A stretch of 64,000 nucleotides of DNA from Torpedo marmorata. Taxonomy: Eukaryota. The stretch is taken from the NCBI GenBank assembly GCA_977017645.1, contig OZ360223.1, positions 221,154,001 through 221,218,000 of the forward strand. Reading direction: 5' to 3'. Of this stretch, positions 50,528 to 63,826 are shown in pieces. A program made the position numbers and the translations under genes. The notes under the pieces were generated by a model. It did not search any database, had not been told where the DNA came from, and saw only the letters and a program-made list of their open reading frames with translations. Position 1 is the first letter of the stretch; each line of letters starts with the position of its first letter.

Positions 50528-52944
50528 CCTTCTACAGTATGGGAGTCCCAGTCAATACATGGAAAGTTAAAATCTCCTATTATCACAACCTTGTTTCCTG
50601 CAGCTATCTCTCTACAGATTTACTCCTCCAATTCTCGTTGACTATTGGGCTGTCTATAATACAACTCCATTAATCTGGTCATATCTTTCCCATTGCTCAG
50701 CTCCACCAAATAGCCTCAGTAGGTGAGCCCTCTGGTCTGTCCTGCCGAGCACAGCTGTGAACCTTTCCCTGAATAGCAATGCCACTCCTCCCCCTTTCAG
50801 GTAGGATTAGAGAGAATCAAAGATTTGTTTTTCTCCCCACAAGACAGATGCATCTCCAGCATCAAGAGTAATGGAGGTAGAAACTCTTCAGATTTAAAAA
50901 GAGCTTAGTTACAGGTCGTGAAATACTACAACCTGCAACTCAAACTCTAGTGAACTTACTCCAATTATGAATGTCCTGGTGCCTCAATTGAATGGAGGAT
51001 GGTTTCTGTCCAGATAATATTGTACAAAGCAAATGCAATAATTTTCAATTTAAATCAAGCCTTAGAAACAAAATGTTTACATTTCACTACATGCCCAGAG
51101 TCTCTCCTTCACACAATGATGGCAACCTAGAGTCACTGGGGATTCAATTATTACAACATTAAACTGAAAAGAAACAAGCATCTCCCAACATCTCTCCGGT
51201 ACGGGAATTAACATAAATGAGAACCCGAAGCAAGATACCAGTGGCAACAAACTACTTTATCGGTGATTCTTGTGACAGATCATTCAAGAAACAAGTTTCC
51301 ATGGAGATTGCAGGTGCTGGAATTTCTAGCAAAAAATAAACTGCTGCGAGAACTCAGCAGTTAAGACAATGGATTCCAAACTTAGTGGCGTGGGATCCGT
51401 ATTGAAAGATAATAATATAGCCGTCAGGTGATCCCTGTTCTGCTAAATAAAAACACGTTTTGAGTTTTGAAATTGAGTTTATTTCAGTGTCAGAGAATTC
51501 CTATTGAAACTTGCTCGTGATATCATAATCCCAGAGATTTTCCTTCACTGTTTTGTTTTTACTCACGGGGATCTGTTTTAACTGTATGAACACAATTTGC
51601 AAAGAACTAAAGATGTGCCTTTACTGCTTTTCAAGTATTGTTTTAAAAACTCTCCTAATGGGAGTTCTTTGGAGTGCTATGAGCAGTTTATCCCCAAGGA
51701 TAGCTTCACATGATGCTCATCACTACAGACAGCTGGCACCCACTGCAAGGCAAAAAAAGGTGTACACAGCATAAACCTGACACCCAATTCTGTGTTATCA
51801 GGTTTTGATACTATGGAATTGTAGATGGAGGATAAAGGCTCTTCAGAACAAAGTAATAAGGAATATGTAAGAAATACTAATTAAGCACCTTTGTTTCAAT
51901 TTGCTATCTTTTTCAAAACAAAAAGATTGGCCTCTTCCTCACAACGCAGCCTAATTTTTAGCCAGAATATCTGTCTCACTCACCTGGGTCCAACCATGTC
52001 ACACTATGGAGGGATGAGAACTGCCCCTCGTTTGGCATGTTGTTCAGTCCCCGGTCATAACAGATCAATAGGAAAAGGGGTTTCTCATGGGATTCACCAC
52101 TGACAGCAAGTGAAAAAAAAATTTTAATCAACTCTCTTCCCTACCTCAAAGTTAATAAACTTTGATCCCTGCTGTATGGAAAACATTAACACTGACCAAC
52201 CAAACAGCCATTTCTTTTAAATTTGTTGTTTCCATCATTCCCAAAATATACAGCAACATCGCTGGATTCAAGCAAATAAAACTGTAAAAGATCTATTAGT
52301 ATAATGTTACATATATTGAAGACTGATGCTTTTTTAAACTGGATATTATAAATTACTGAAGACAGATCCAACCAAGTGGGCCATTTCAGAGCACTCTCAC
52401 GTAGCTTTAAACTGCACTGCATGATGGTGGCTGGAATCAACAGCGTGATGGGTTTATTATCAGCAGGTTTTTGGAGGAAGGGTTAAAAGGCAACAGATTA
52501 CACTTTTAGTTCTTTGCAGATCTGGAGGAATTATTAAATCCAACACTGGAGGATAACAGAGGTTGGAAAATTGCACATTCAACTGCTCTAACCAGAGGAC
52601 ATCGTAGGCTAGCCTCGAACGTAGGCGTTTTAGTCAAAGGTCTAGCATCTCCTCCCACGTCATGCAGTCTGCTTTACTCTCGCACTCCCCAATGCCAATT
52701 AAATAAGTGCAATGATTCCAAACAAAATCCAGACTCGATTAACCAGAAGCCCTTTGTTAATTACAGAGGATCCTTAAAACATTAGTCACGACATCTTTTC
52801 CCAGGTTAAATGCCACAGTGATTAATCGGCTGCGTGAAATTCTCAAATCAAGTTCAAAACTGGATACTTGCTGCACCCTCCCTCCTGAAAATGTTCCAAA
52901 ACACAAAAATACAACAATTGGTTTATTAAAAAGTTATTCTCCCG

Positions 52945-53229
52945 TTACTTTGTCTTTACTTTCCCATTCATCACCTCCCCGTTTTCCAGCAAGTGCCCGC
53001 CGTTTTCCATTGCCGGTTTGCCATTCTTCACGGCTTCTTTGCATTTCTGCTCCATGCTCTTGGGCAGCCTCCTGCCCTTGGTGTAAGCCTGGTACCAGAA
53101 ATTGGAGAAAAGGATAAAGAAGAAGGTTCCATACATCCACACAAGATGGATAAAGATGGGGAACTGGTAATCGCAGTGATCCATGAAGTAGTACTGGGTG
53201 ACATGCAGCGAGACAACAATAAACTGGAC
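52945..53229 (-). CDS. ELOVL1: ELOVL1 fatty acid elongase, last coding exon
   Basis: [57 protein letters not shown]...KVKTK*; C-terminal KxKxx ER-retrieval motif; synteny with MED8 and SZT2. Confidence 0.92.
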   Translation of the reverse strand, partial: VQFIVVSLHVTQYYFMDHCDYQFPIFIHLVWMYGTFFFILFSNFWYQAYTKGRRLPKSMEQKCKEAVKNGKPAMENGGHLLENGEVMNGKVKTK

Positions 53230-54029
53230 CTGAAAGAGAGGGAAAAGAAAGAAAATAAAAGTTAAACGGGCAGCACAACATTCACAACTGCACAGCAAGC
53301 TGACTGCAAACTGTTGAACTCAAAAGATGGGAAGTTTTTAACTGCATAATCAGCCTCATGGCTGAGGTTGAACAGAGATAACAGTCCCAATATTTTTAAC
53401 CACTTGCTATTATTTTACTGCTAAATGTTGCTCCAATGTTTGAACTGTGTATCCCTCAACGTAAAACATGACACAGTGTGTATATTCTCCATGCCAATAT
53501 TTATCCCTTGACAGCAGCAAGTGACAAAATATTAAATAATTTAATGGAGTGTCCCAAGTCATGAGAATACAAGAGAAACTTTGGAAATTTGGGAAAACAA
53601 TCTTCACATTTACAATTATCATCAGCAACGCAGTGACAGAAAGTACAATGGAAGCAGATTGAATAAAGTTGTGTAAACTCCCAAAACAGTGACAAAAAAA
53701 ACTTTTTTTCGCTATTAATGTCCAGGATCACAGAAGGCAGCAAACAACCAAGTCCACCACAGGTTCTGTCCTCCCATCCTCTGAAGACGTGTGAAGCTTT
53801 ACCTCAAAAAGGCAGCCAACATCATAAACGACCCTGGTCATAACCTCTGAAGTCCAGCACCTCAAGGTTCAAGAACAACTTTTTCCCCCCAACAACTATT
53901 AGGCTCTTGAACCTCCCCTCACTACCTTCATCATAAACACAAAAGACTGTCTGGCCTATTAAAATATTCATAATCTATCATTTTATTTTTTCTTTATCAT
54001 ACCGTAATTCAATGTATATTATTGGAGTT

Positions 54030-55943
54030 GAACATAAAAAGTAGGAACAGGAGTAGGCCAACCGGCCCATCGAGCCTGCTCCGCCATGCAATAAGATCAT
54101 GGCTGATTTGATCAATGACCTAACTCCACCTACCTGCCCTTTCCCCATATTCCCTATTCCTTTTTTATGTAAAATTCTATCCAACTGAACCTTAAATATG
54201 TTCAATGAAGCAGCCTCAACCGCTTCCCTGGGTAGAGAATTCCACAAATTCACCACTCTTTGGGAAAAACTGTTTTTCCTCATCTCTGTCCTAAATCTAC
54301 TCCCCCGAATCTTGAGGCTGTGTTCCCTAGTTTTGGTCTCACCTGTCAGTGAAAAAAACCTTCCTACCTCTATCCTATCCATCCCCTTCATAATTCTATA
54401 TGTTTCAATAAGATCTCCTCTCATTCTTCTGAACTCGAGCGAGTATAATCCCAGATGATTTAATCTTTCATCATAACTCAACCCCTTCATCTCAAGGATG
54501 AACCAAGTAAACCTCCTCTGGACTGCCTCCAAGGCCAGTATATCCTTCCTCAAATATGGAGACCAGAACTGCACACAGTACTCCAGGTGCGGTCTCACCA
54601 GTACCTTGTACAGTTGCAACATTACCTCCCTGCTCCTGAATTCAATTCCTCTAGCGATGAACGCCAACATTCCATTTGCCTTCTTAATAACCCGCTGCAC
54701 CTGCAACCCAACTTTTTGCGATTCGTGCACAAACACTCCCAAGTCCTTCTGCACAACAGCGTGCTGCAGGTTTTCACCATTTAAAATAATACTCTGCTCT
54801 TTTATTTTTCTTGCCAAAGTGGATAACCTCGCACTTACTAACATTGTACTCCATCTGCCAGACCTTTGCCCACTCACCTAACTTAACTATATCCCTCTGC
54901 AGCCTCTCCATATCCTCAGTACAATTTGCTCTTTCACTCAATTTAGTATCATCCGCAAACTTGGCTACACCACATTTTGTCCCCTCCTCCAAATCATCAT
55001 TGTAAATGATGAACAGTTGGCCCAGCACCAACCCCTGCGGCACCCCACTTACCACTGTCTGCCAATCATAAAAACACCCATTTATCCCGACTCTCTGCCT
55101 CATGTCAGACAACCAATCCTCAATCCATGCCAATATACTTCCCTGGACTCCATTCACCTGTAACTTACTGATAAGTCTCTTGTGCGGCACCTTATCAAAC
55201 GCTTTCTGGAAATCCAAATATACAACATCAACCTGTTCCCCTCTATCTACCGCACCCATTATGTCCTCAAAGAACTCTAACAAGTGTGTCAAACAAGATC
55301 TGCCCTTCCTAAACCCATGCTGCGTCTGCCTGATTGAACCCCTTCGTTCTAAATGTCTCACTATTTCATCCTTAATGACAGCTTCAAGCATTTTCCCAAC
55401 TACAGACGTTAAGCTAATTGGCCGATAGTTTCCAGTCTTCTGCCTACATCCCTTCTTAAAAAGTGGCGTGACATTTGCTGTCTTCCAATCTGCCGGGACC
55501 TGCCCAGAATCCAGAGAATTTTGGTATATGACCACCAATGCATCGACTATAACTTCTGCCAATTCCCTCAGAACCCTGGGATGCATTTCATCAGGACCAG
55601 GGGATTTGTCCGGCTTTAGTCCCATTAGTTTGTTCATCACTACCTTCTTTATAACAACTATTTTATCAAGGCCTTCACCAACATTCGCATCCCTATCTCC
55701 ACTTTTTGGCATGCTGGACGTGTCTTCCACCGTGAAGACTGACACAAAATATTTGGACAAGGCCTCGGCCATTTCCTGATTATTCAATATCAATTTCCCT
55801 TTCTCATCTTCCAAGGGTCCTATGTTAACTCTAGCCACCCTCTTCCGTTTTATATATTTATAAAAATGTTTGCTATCTTTTTATATTTTGTGCCATTTTA
55901 CCTTCATAATCCTTTCTCCCCTTTTTTATTACCCGCTTTGTTG
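54030..55943 (-). mobile_element. CR1-like LINE (RT + 3' UTR), continues at 62569-62822
   Basis: ORFs of 354 and 299 aa with DFQKAFDKVPH, GVPQG and FADD; split by the LTR element. Confidence 0.92.
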
Positions 55944-56806
55944 TGTTACAAATTCAAACCAGCAACGACAGAAGACGCAATGCAAAAGGGGTAAAATTGA
56001 AATTTATATTTATTAAAGACAAGTAAACATATAATTTCACAACAATTAACCCCACTATAACTGTCTATAAACACTATTCTTATCTAAAAGGTATGTGTGT
56101 GTAAAGCCCAGACCATTACAGTCTGTGCCCAACCCTCATGTAAAAATGGAAAAACTTCCCCAAAACCCCAGGTCAATCATAAAAATAAGTCAGTCCCAAA
56201 AGTACAGTCCACAAAAATCCACTTTCCATGTTCAGGGTCCAAATTCAGCTCTGTGCTGGCAAGAAGAACTTCTTAATGAATGTTGGAGAGAGAGACAATG
56301 ACTGTTTCAGCTTACAAATGCTTGGCCTGCTTTTCTTCTCTGATGACTTTCCCTTTTGGTAGATACACGAGGATTGTGACTCCAAATCAGTATACCACTG
56401 ATTGAGGCGTGTACTTGGATCTCACAGCCTGTCTCGCTGATCTCACGCCTGTTCTTCACAAAAGTTGTTTTAACTCGGGATTTTGCTGATACAGGAGGCC
56501 ATGTGCTATTCTCCCAGCCTTTTTTCCGGGGATGCACAAGCCTGGATTTTGCTGTGTTCTCCAGCCTTTGCAACTCCAAACACAACTGAACCTCAATGTT
56601 TTTTGCAGAGGTTTGCACCTGCTTTTGCAAAAGTGCAACAAAGTATCTCTCCACAGTCTGTCTCTCTCTGGTGTCTCTCTCTCTGAGTACAAGAAGTCCT
56701 GGGCAAGTTAACTCTTTCAGTACCAGGTCCCAGTGTGTACTCCAAAAGACTTCATCATTCCTGCTGACCGTCCGCAGTCCAAATGGTCAGTCATGGTCCA
56801 TAAACA
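55944..56806 (-). repeat. 3' LTR
   Basis: TGTTACA...TAAACA. The adjacent minus-strand purine-rich GTGGGTGGGAGG (56807-56818) fits a polypurine tract. Confidence 0.93.
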
Positions 56807-59800
56807 CCTCCCACCCACAAAGAAAATATTTTGGTCTGCAAGAACAAAATTTTGGAAATTAATTGAGGTGTCACAATATAAACAAAACCCACAATGTTCA
56901 TCCACAACCACAAAATATGAACTATTTTCATTTATAAAGTTTAGCATCTAGAAAGACAATCAGCGATTACATTATGTTTCCCTTTTATATGTGTTATTAT
57001 CAAATCATATTCTTGCAAAATTAGACTGTTAACAACCGTCGATTCTTATTTTTCATTTTACAAAGAAAAACCAATGGATTATGGCCAGTATACACTATGA
57101 GTGGTTTTTGAGCTGTACAGATATACACATCAAAGTGTTGTAGAGCCAACACAAGAGCCAACAACTCTTTTTCTATGGTTGAATAATTCCTTTGATGATC
57201 ATTGAACTTCTTCGAGAAGTAGGATACCAGATGGTCAATGTCCTCTTCGTTCTTCCTCTGTAACAGCACCACACCCACAGCTTCATCGCTGGCATCCACG
57301 GCTAAAGAAAACGGCTTTTCTAAATCAGGTGACTTAAGCACAGGTTGGTAGCATAACATGGCTTTCAATTTGACAAATGCTTCCTGGCATCCTGTCGACC
57401 ATACAAATTTTTCTCCCTTTCTAAGCCAATTTGTGAGAGGGAGCGCAAGATCAGCAAAGTTTTTACAGAACTTGCGGTAGTAGCCAATCATTCCCAAAAA
57501 CCTCCTCAGTTTTCTGACCAGTTGGAACAGGGAACTCAGAAATAGACACAACCTTGGCCTCTACTGGCGCCAACTGCCCGTCCTACAACATAACCCAGAG
57601 AATTAACAGTCCCATGACCCTCTCTGAAACTGGTTTTTTCTGTCTCCTCCTTACCCCGGTCAATAACCAGTACCTCTGGTAAATGTTCAGTCTCTGTGTG
57701 GCACCTGTTCAAAATATGGCATAATCATATTCACATGACAGACCTGTGTGTCTCGTCTGTGATTAAGTGTTTCTATGACATAGGTGACCTCATTAATTTT
57801 TTACTTAACTCTATAGGGTCCTGAAATCTAGGCCTAAGAGGATTTGAATGGATGGGAAACAGAACTAATATGTTCTCACCAGGTTTAAAAGTTTTCATCT
57901 TCGCCTTTCGATCATACCAAACCTTCATTCTCTGTTGAGTGGCCTTTAAATTCTCCTTTGCCATCTCACAAGCCCTATGCAACCGATCCTTAAATTTTGA
58001 AACATAATCTAACAGATTCAAATGCACATCACTATTAATCCATTGTTCTTTTAATAAACTTAAAGGACCTCTCACCTCATGTCCGAAAACTAACTCGAAT
58101 GGACTAAAACCAAGTGATTCTTGGACAGACTCCCTCGCTGCAAATAACAACAAATGAACCCCCTCATCCCAATCCTTTTCCTCACAACAATAGGTTCTAA
58201 TCATGTTTTTCAAAGTTGAATGGAACCGCTCCAAGGCCCCTTGACTTTCTGGATGGTACGCAGAGGATACAATCTGTTTAACTCCCAGTCTATCAACCAC
58301 TTGTTGGAAAACGCCTGACATGAAATTACTACCCTGATCTGATTGAATTTCCCTTGGCAAACCTACCAAGGTGAAAAACTTTACCATAGCCTTTACAATT
58401 GCTTTTGCTTTAATGTTTCTCAGAGGAATGGCCTCTGGAAATCTGGTGGCTGCACACATAATTGTTAACAAATACTCATTCCCCGCTTTGGTTTTGGGCA
58501 ATGGGCCAACACAGTCCACAATCACTCTCGAGAAAGGCTCACTGAAAGCAGGGATAGGTTGCATGGGTGCCACCGGGGGACCCTGATTATGTTTACCCAC
58601 CACCTGGCAAGTGTGACAGGCCCAGCAAAAGCTTACAACCTCCCTTCTCAAACTGGGCCAATAAAATTGTTTCATTATCTTCAGTATAGTTTTCTTCACC
58701 CCAAGGTGACCGCCTACTTTAGGGATCACTACCTGCTGCACTACTTCCCATTCTTCACTGGCAGGAACATCACGTGGTCTCCACTTTCTCATCAACACCC
58801 CATCGTGTTCATAATAACCCAATGGCACCTTTTTACTCTCTTCAGAGAGAACCTTATCCCTCACCTCAGCAAGATCAGGATCCTCCTTTTGCCTTGCTAT
58901 TAGCTCCTGTCGGGTTAGTGACAAATCTGTGCCTTTCGGTGTCTTATCAGTGGATGGGAGATTGCTCAACCTTTTCCAGGTGTTCGTAATTATCACTGAC
59001 TTTTTCTTTCACCAATTTATTTTCCACTGCCTTCTCTACAGTGACATATTTCTTAGACATGGCCCTGGTTATGGCGGATAAATATCAGAGTCCTTCTCTG
59101 ACTTATCAATGACTGGCTTAGTGGTCATTCGCACTGCAGGAACTATTTTACCCTCAGCCAAGTCATTGCCTAGCAACAGTGAGACTCCTTCTGCTGGCAA
59201 CTCTGATCTCACTCCTATTATAACAGGTCCTTCCACCAAGGCTGAGTCCAACACTATTTTGCGCAAAGGAATGGACTCAACATTACCCCCAATTCCTTTA
59301 ATTAAATTTGTGTCACCGGTGTCAGTAGCTTCACAAAATTCCAAGACACTATCTAACACAAGTGACTGAGCAGCTCCAGTATCTCGCAAGATTTTCACTG
59401 GAACTTGTTTTGATCCTGCCTTAACTAAAACAAAATCATCAGTCACAAAAGGTTTAAATACATCTTTAACTTTGTCAGTAAATTTATTTCCTTCCTGGGT
59501 GTTATGCCTCTTCTCACTCTGAATAAAAGCATTAGGTGTTGCATCCTTTTCTCTCTTCTTTTTCAACACTGGACAGCTTGCTAGCATATGACCAGCCTTC
59601 TTACAGTAGTGGCAAATGGGACCCGAAGTGTTTTCCCTTTTCTACTTTCCTTCATCCCTTTCCTTAACACCACTTCCAAATTTACTTTCCACTTGCTTGG
59701 GATTATCCACAGTGACCCTTTGGAAAATTCTGCCTGACGTCCACTTAGACTTGTGGGTTAAAGCATATTCATCTGCTAACTTAGCTGAATTTTGCTAAGT

Positions 59801-60038
59801 TTTCACCTCCTTTTCATCTGCCTTAATATCCTCAGGAACACACCTTTTTATCTCCTTGATTATTATCAATTCTCTCAAAGATTGTAATCATTGTTTACCG
59901 CCTTAGATGTGCACCACCAGTCAAAACACACAACCTTTTCATAGGCAAACTCTGTATAAGATTGGGTTGCTGATCTTTTTAAATTTCTAAACTTCTGTCT
60001 ATAAGCCGCTGGAACTAACTCATAAACCTGGAGTATAG

Positions 60039-60899
60039 AAAGTAAAAAACGAAAATCTGTAGACACCGTGGTTGAAGTAAAAAACACAAATGCTGGAGAA
60101 ACTCAGCAGGTCAAACAGTGTCTTTTATGTAGCAAAGGTAGAAATACATAACCGACGTTTCGGGCTTGAGCCCTTCATCAAAGTATGAGAAAATGCCGGT
60201 AGGCGTCCGAACAATAGAGTGAGGGGGGAAGGGGGGTGGCAAAGGCAGGAGATGATAGGTGGAGAAAGGAGGGAGGGGACAGCAGCAAAGAGGGGGAGGA
60301 GGGATGGCTAGGTAGCTGGAGAAAAACAGGAAGGACAGGTGAGGGGGGAGGGGAAGGGAACGACAAGCAGGTTTAGTGGAAAGCAGAAAAGTCAATGTTA
60401 ATGCCATCTGGCTGGAGAGTGCCGAGACGGAAAATGAGATGTTGTTCCTCCAATTTGCGGGTAGTCTGGGTGGGATAGTACATGAGGCCATGGACAGACA
60501 CATGTGAGTGTGGGAGTGTGACCCGGAATTGAAATGGTTGGCTACTGGGAGGTCGCTGTTGTTGCGGACGGAGAGGAGGTGCTCAGCAAAGCAGTCTCCC
60601 AATCTACGACCGGTCTCTCCAATGTAGAGAAAGCCACAAAGGGAGCACCGGATGCAGTAAATAAGTTCTCTGGATGTACAAGTGAAGTGTAGTTTCACTT
60701 GGAAGGCCTGTTTTGGGCCCTGGACCATGGTGAGGGGGGAGGTGTGGGCGCACGTGTTGCACCTCCTGCGGGCACAGGGGAAGGTGCCGGGGGTGCGATG
60801 GGTGGGGAGGGATGAGTGCACGAGTGAATCGCGGAGGAAGCGGTCCCTACGGAAGGCCGAGAGGGGAGGAGAAGGAAAAATGTGTCTGGTGGTGGGATC
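60039..60899 (-). mobile_element. Penelope-like element 3' fragment (GIY-YIG endonuclease + hammerhead-like motif) inserted in gag
   Basis: PGTFPC..RCNTC...LIYCIRCSLCGFLYIGETGRRLGDCFAEH..VANHFN. TSD GTATAG at 60033 and 60900; removing the insert restores gag KKAI|LQVYEL. Confidence 0.9.
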
Positions 60900-61668
60900 G
60901 TATAGCCTTTTTCACCGTTTCATAATCAGCAGCTTGCTCCATGGTAAGAGTAGAATAAGCTTGCTGAGCTTTTCCTTTTATTACACTTTGTAACATAAGA
61001 GACCATTGGTCTTGTGGCCATTTTAATTTCACAGCCACCTTCTCAAAATGCTGGAAGTACTTATCTATTTATGCCTCCTCAAATGGAGGAACCAACCTAA
61101 CTTCTCTACTGGACAAAAACCTCTCAACAGGATGACGAATTTGATCTTGGTGCTCTTCTTGTCTCCTCTCATTTTCCAACTTAATCTTTTCCAGCTCATA
61201 TTGCCTATTTTTCTTCTCTTTCTCTAAGTCTAATCTCTTTTGTTCCCTGACTGCCTCCAATTCTAATTTCTTTTGTTCCAATTCCCTGTCTAATTTCTTT
61301 TGTTCCAATTCCAATTTCTTTATTTCCAACTGTATGTTTTCAGAAGGTTTACCCTTGGGAAACTGCTCTAACACGCTCTCCTCAAACTTTTTTTCTTTTA
61401 TATAGTATTTGACAATTTTTCTCCCAATCTCTGCCTTTTTCATTGATGGTTTTACTGAAGCAATGCCCAACTCTGTTGCTATAGCCACTAACTGTTCCTT
61501 TTTTGCCTTTTTTAAAGTATCAGGTTCAGGTGATTCCAAAAATTTTCTTACATCCATTGTTGCTGGTTTTTCGTTACACACACACTAGCTTTTTAATTAG
61601 CTTTACAAAAGGAATGTCTTAAACCAGACTGGAATTCCTTCAATTACCAAGATGGATTTTTAATTCAA

Positions 61669-61686
61669 ATCCCAGACGAGCCCCCA
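61669..61686 (-). other. tRNA-Pro primer binding site
   Basis: TGGGGGCTCGTCTGGGAT, one mismatch to the canonical tRNA-Pro PBS TGGGGGCTCGTCCGGGAT; lies 4 nt internal to the 5' LTR. Confidence 0.9.
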
Positions 61687-61690
61687 ATTT

Positions 61691-62568
61691 TGTTACAAAT
61701 TCAAACCAGCAACGACAGAAGACGCAATGCAAAAGGGGTAAAATTGAAATTTATATTTATTAAAGACAATTAAACATATAATTTCACAACAATTAACCCC
61801 ACTATAACCGTCTATAAACACTATTCTTATCTAAAAGGTGTGTGTGTGTGTGTGTGTGTGTTTAAAGCCCAGACCATTGCAGTCTGTGCCCAACCCTCAT
61901 GTAAAAATGGAAAACCTTCCCCAAAACCCCAGGTCAGTCATAAAAATAAGTCAGTCCAAAAAGTACAGTCCACAAAAATCCACTCTCTATGTTCAGGGTC
62001 CAAATTCAGCTCTGTGTGCTGCCAAGAAGGACTTCTTAATGAATGTTAGAGAGAGACAATGACTGTTTCAGCTTACGAATGCTTGGCCTGCTTTTCTTCT
62101 CTGATGACTTTCCCTTTTGGTAGATACACGAGGATTGCGACCCCAAATCAGTATACCACTGATTGAGGCATGGACTTGGCTCTCACAGCCTGTCTCGCTG
62201 ATCTCACGCTTGTTCTTCACAAAAGTTGTTTTAACTCAGGATTTTGCTGATACAGGAGGCCATGTGCTATTCTCCCAGCCTTTTTCCCTGGGATGCACAA
62301 GCCTGGATTTTGCTGTGTTCTCCAGCCTTTGCAACTCCAAACACAACTGAACCTCAATGCTTTTTGCAGAGGTTTGCACCTGCTTTTGCAAAAGTGCAAC
62401 AAAGTATCTCTCCACAGTCTGTCTCTCTCTGGTGTCTCTCTCTCTGTGAGTACAAGAAGTCCTGGGAAAGTTAACTCTTTCAGTACCAGATCCTAGTGCG
62501 TACTCCAAAAGACTTCATCCTTCCTGCTGACCGTCCGCAGTCCAAATGGTTAGTCATGGTCCATAACA
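61691..62568 (-). repeat. 5' LTR
   Basis: TGTTACA...TAACA; direct repeat of 55944-56806 with a longer (GT)n. Confidence 0.93.
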
Positions 62569-62825
62569 GTTGTCCCTTGTTGTCTTTTAATGTTTACCCT
62601 ATCTTCCAGTTTCCCACTACTCTTTGCAACTTTGTGCACCTGAGCTTTTAATTTTATACTCTCCTTTATTTCCTTAGTTAACCACGGCTGACTCTTCCCT
62701 CTCTTGCTGCCCTTATTCTTAACTGGAATATATTTTTGTTGAGCATTGTGAAAAATCTCCTTGAAAATCTTCCACTGTTCCTCAACTGTTCTACCAACTA
62801 GCCTGTGCTCCCAGTCCACGCTCCC

Positions 62826-63335
62826 GGGATAAAGACCCGGTCTTTCCAATCTCTCCCTATAACTCAAGTCCTCCAGTCAAAGCAACATCCTGGTGAATCT
62901 CCTCTGCGCTACTTCCAACTTATTGATGTCCTTCCTTTTGCTGGGTGACCAGAACTGCACGCAGTGCTCCAAGTGTGGTCTCACCAATACCTTTTACAGC
63001 TGTGTCATTAGGTCCCAACTTTTGTACTCAATACCCTGCCAAATGAAGGCAAACATGCCAAACGCCTTTACCATCCTGTCCACCTGAGGCACTGTTTTCA
63101 TTAAACTATGCACCTGTATCTCTCGGTCTCTGTTCTACAAACTCTCCTCTACTGTGCAAGTCCTACCTTGGTTTGACTTACCAAAATGTAACACCTCACA
63201 CTTGCCAGAGTTAAATTCCATTTGCCACTCCTTGGCTCGCCTTCTCAAACGATTCAGATACTGTTATTCAGAGTTAGATATCCTTCCTCACTGTCCACTA
63301 CACCACTAATTTTGGTGTCATCTGCAAATGTATTA
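62826..63335 (-). mobile_element. Degenerate CR1-like RT fragment
   Basis: FADDTK and [15 protein letters not shown] motifs on the minus strand. Confidence 0.75.
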
Positions 63336-63826
63336 GTTGAAAGGTCAACCATTTCCTCTCAACTAATTCCCCTTATCAAGTAACAGTCTACACTAAAAGG
63401 GGGGGGGGGGCACTGCACACCCATTCCTATCATATCATGCGAGGCACCTGAATCACCCTGGACATGTTTGAGACTCACTGACACCTTCAGGTAGAAAGAA
63501 GGTTCAGAAGCCTGAAGGCCAGCACTCCAAGGTTCAAGAACTTTCCCCCCCCCCCACAAACAGCTATCAGGCTCTTGAACCTGCCCGTCCTACCCTAACA
63601 AGACCAAAGATCTGTCTGCACTATTGATTCAACACATTTTTGCAATGCAGCCAACAGTGAAGATTATTTTTTCTTCCTTTCATATTATTTTTTGTTTTCT
63701 CCTCCTGTGTTACATGTACCTGGGAAACTGCAGCATGCAAGAATTTCATTGCTCCTGTACATTGTACTTGTGTATATAACAATAAACATCATCCATTCAT
63801 CTGGATGACCAGATGGCAACACTGAC

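Larger units (their letters stand above)
41395..50800 (-). mobile_element. Outer CR1-like LINE split by two CR1s and a SINE
   Basis: Collinear pieces 50528-50800, 46882-47712 and 41395-43050 run from EN through RT to the 3' UTR. Confidence 0.8.
55944..62568 (-). mobile_element. Gmr1-like Ty3/Gypsy LTR retrotransposon, defective
   Basis: Two LTRs, TSD GTTG. gag 61581->~59580 with CHYCKKAGHMLASC knuckle, protease LRDTGA, integrase (HHCC-like, DCVGP, SDQGSNF, ERFH), RT remnant, RNase H (VDASD, YSTIEKE). Confidence 0.93.

Noticed and set aside
56095-56951. Duplicated small ORFs also seen at 61838-62508
   Set aside because: Chance ORFs within the two LTR copies.
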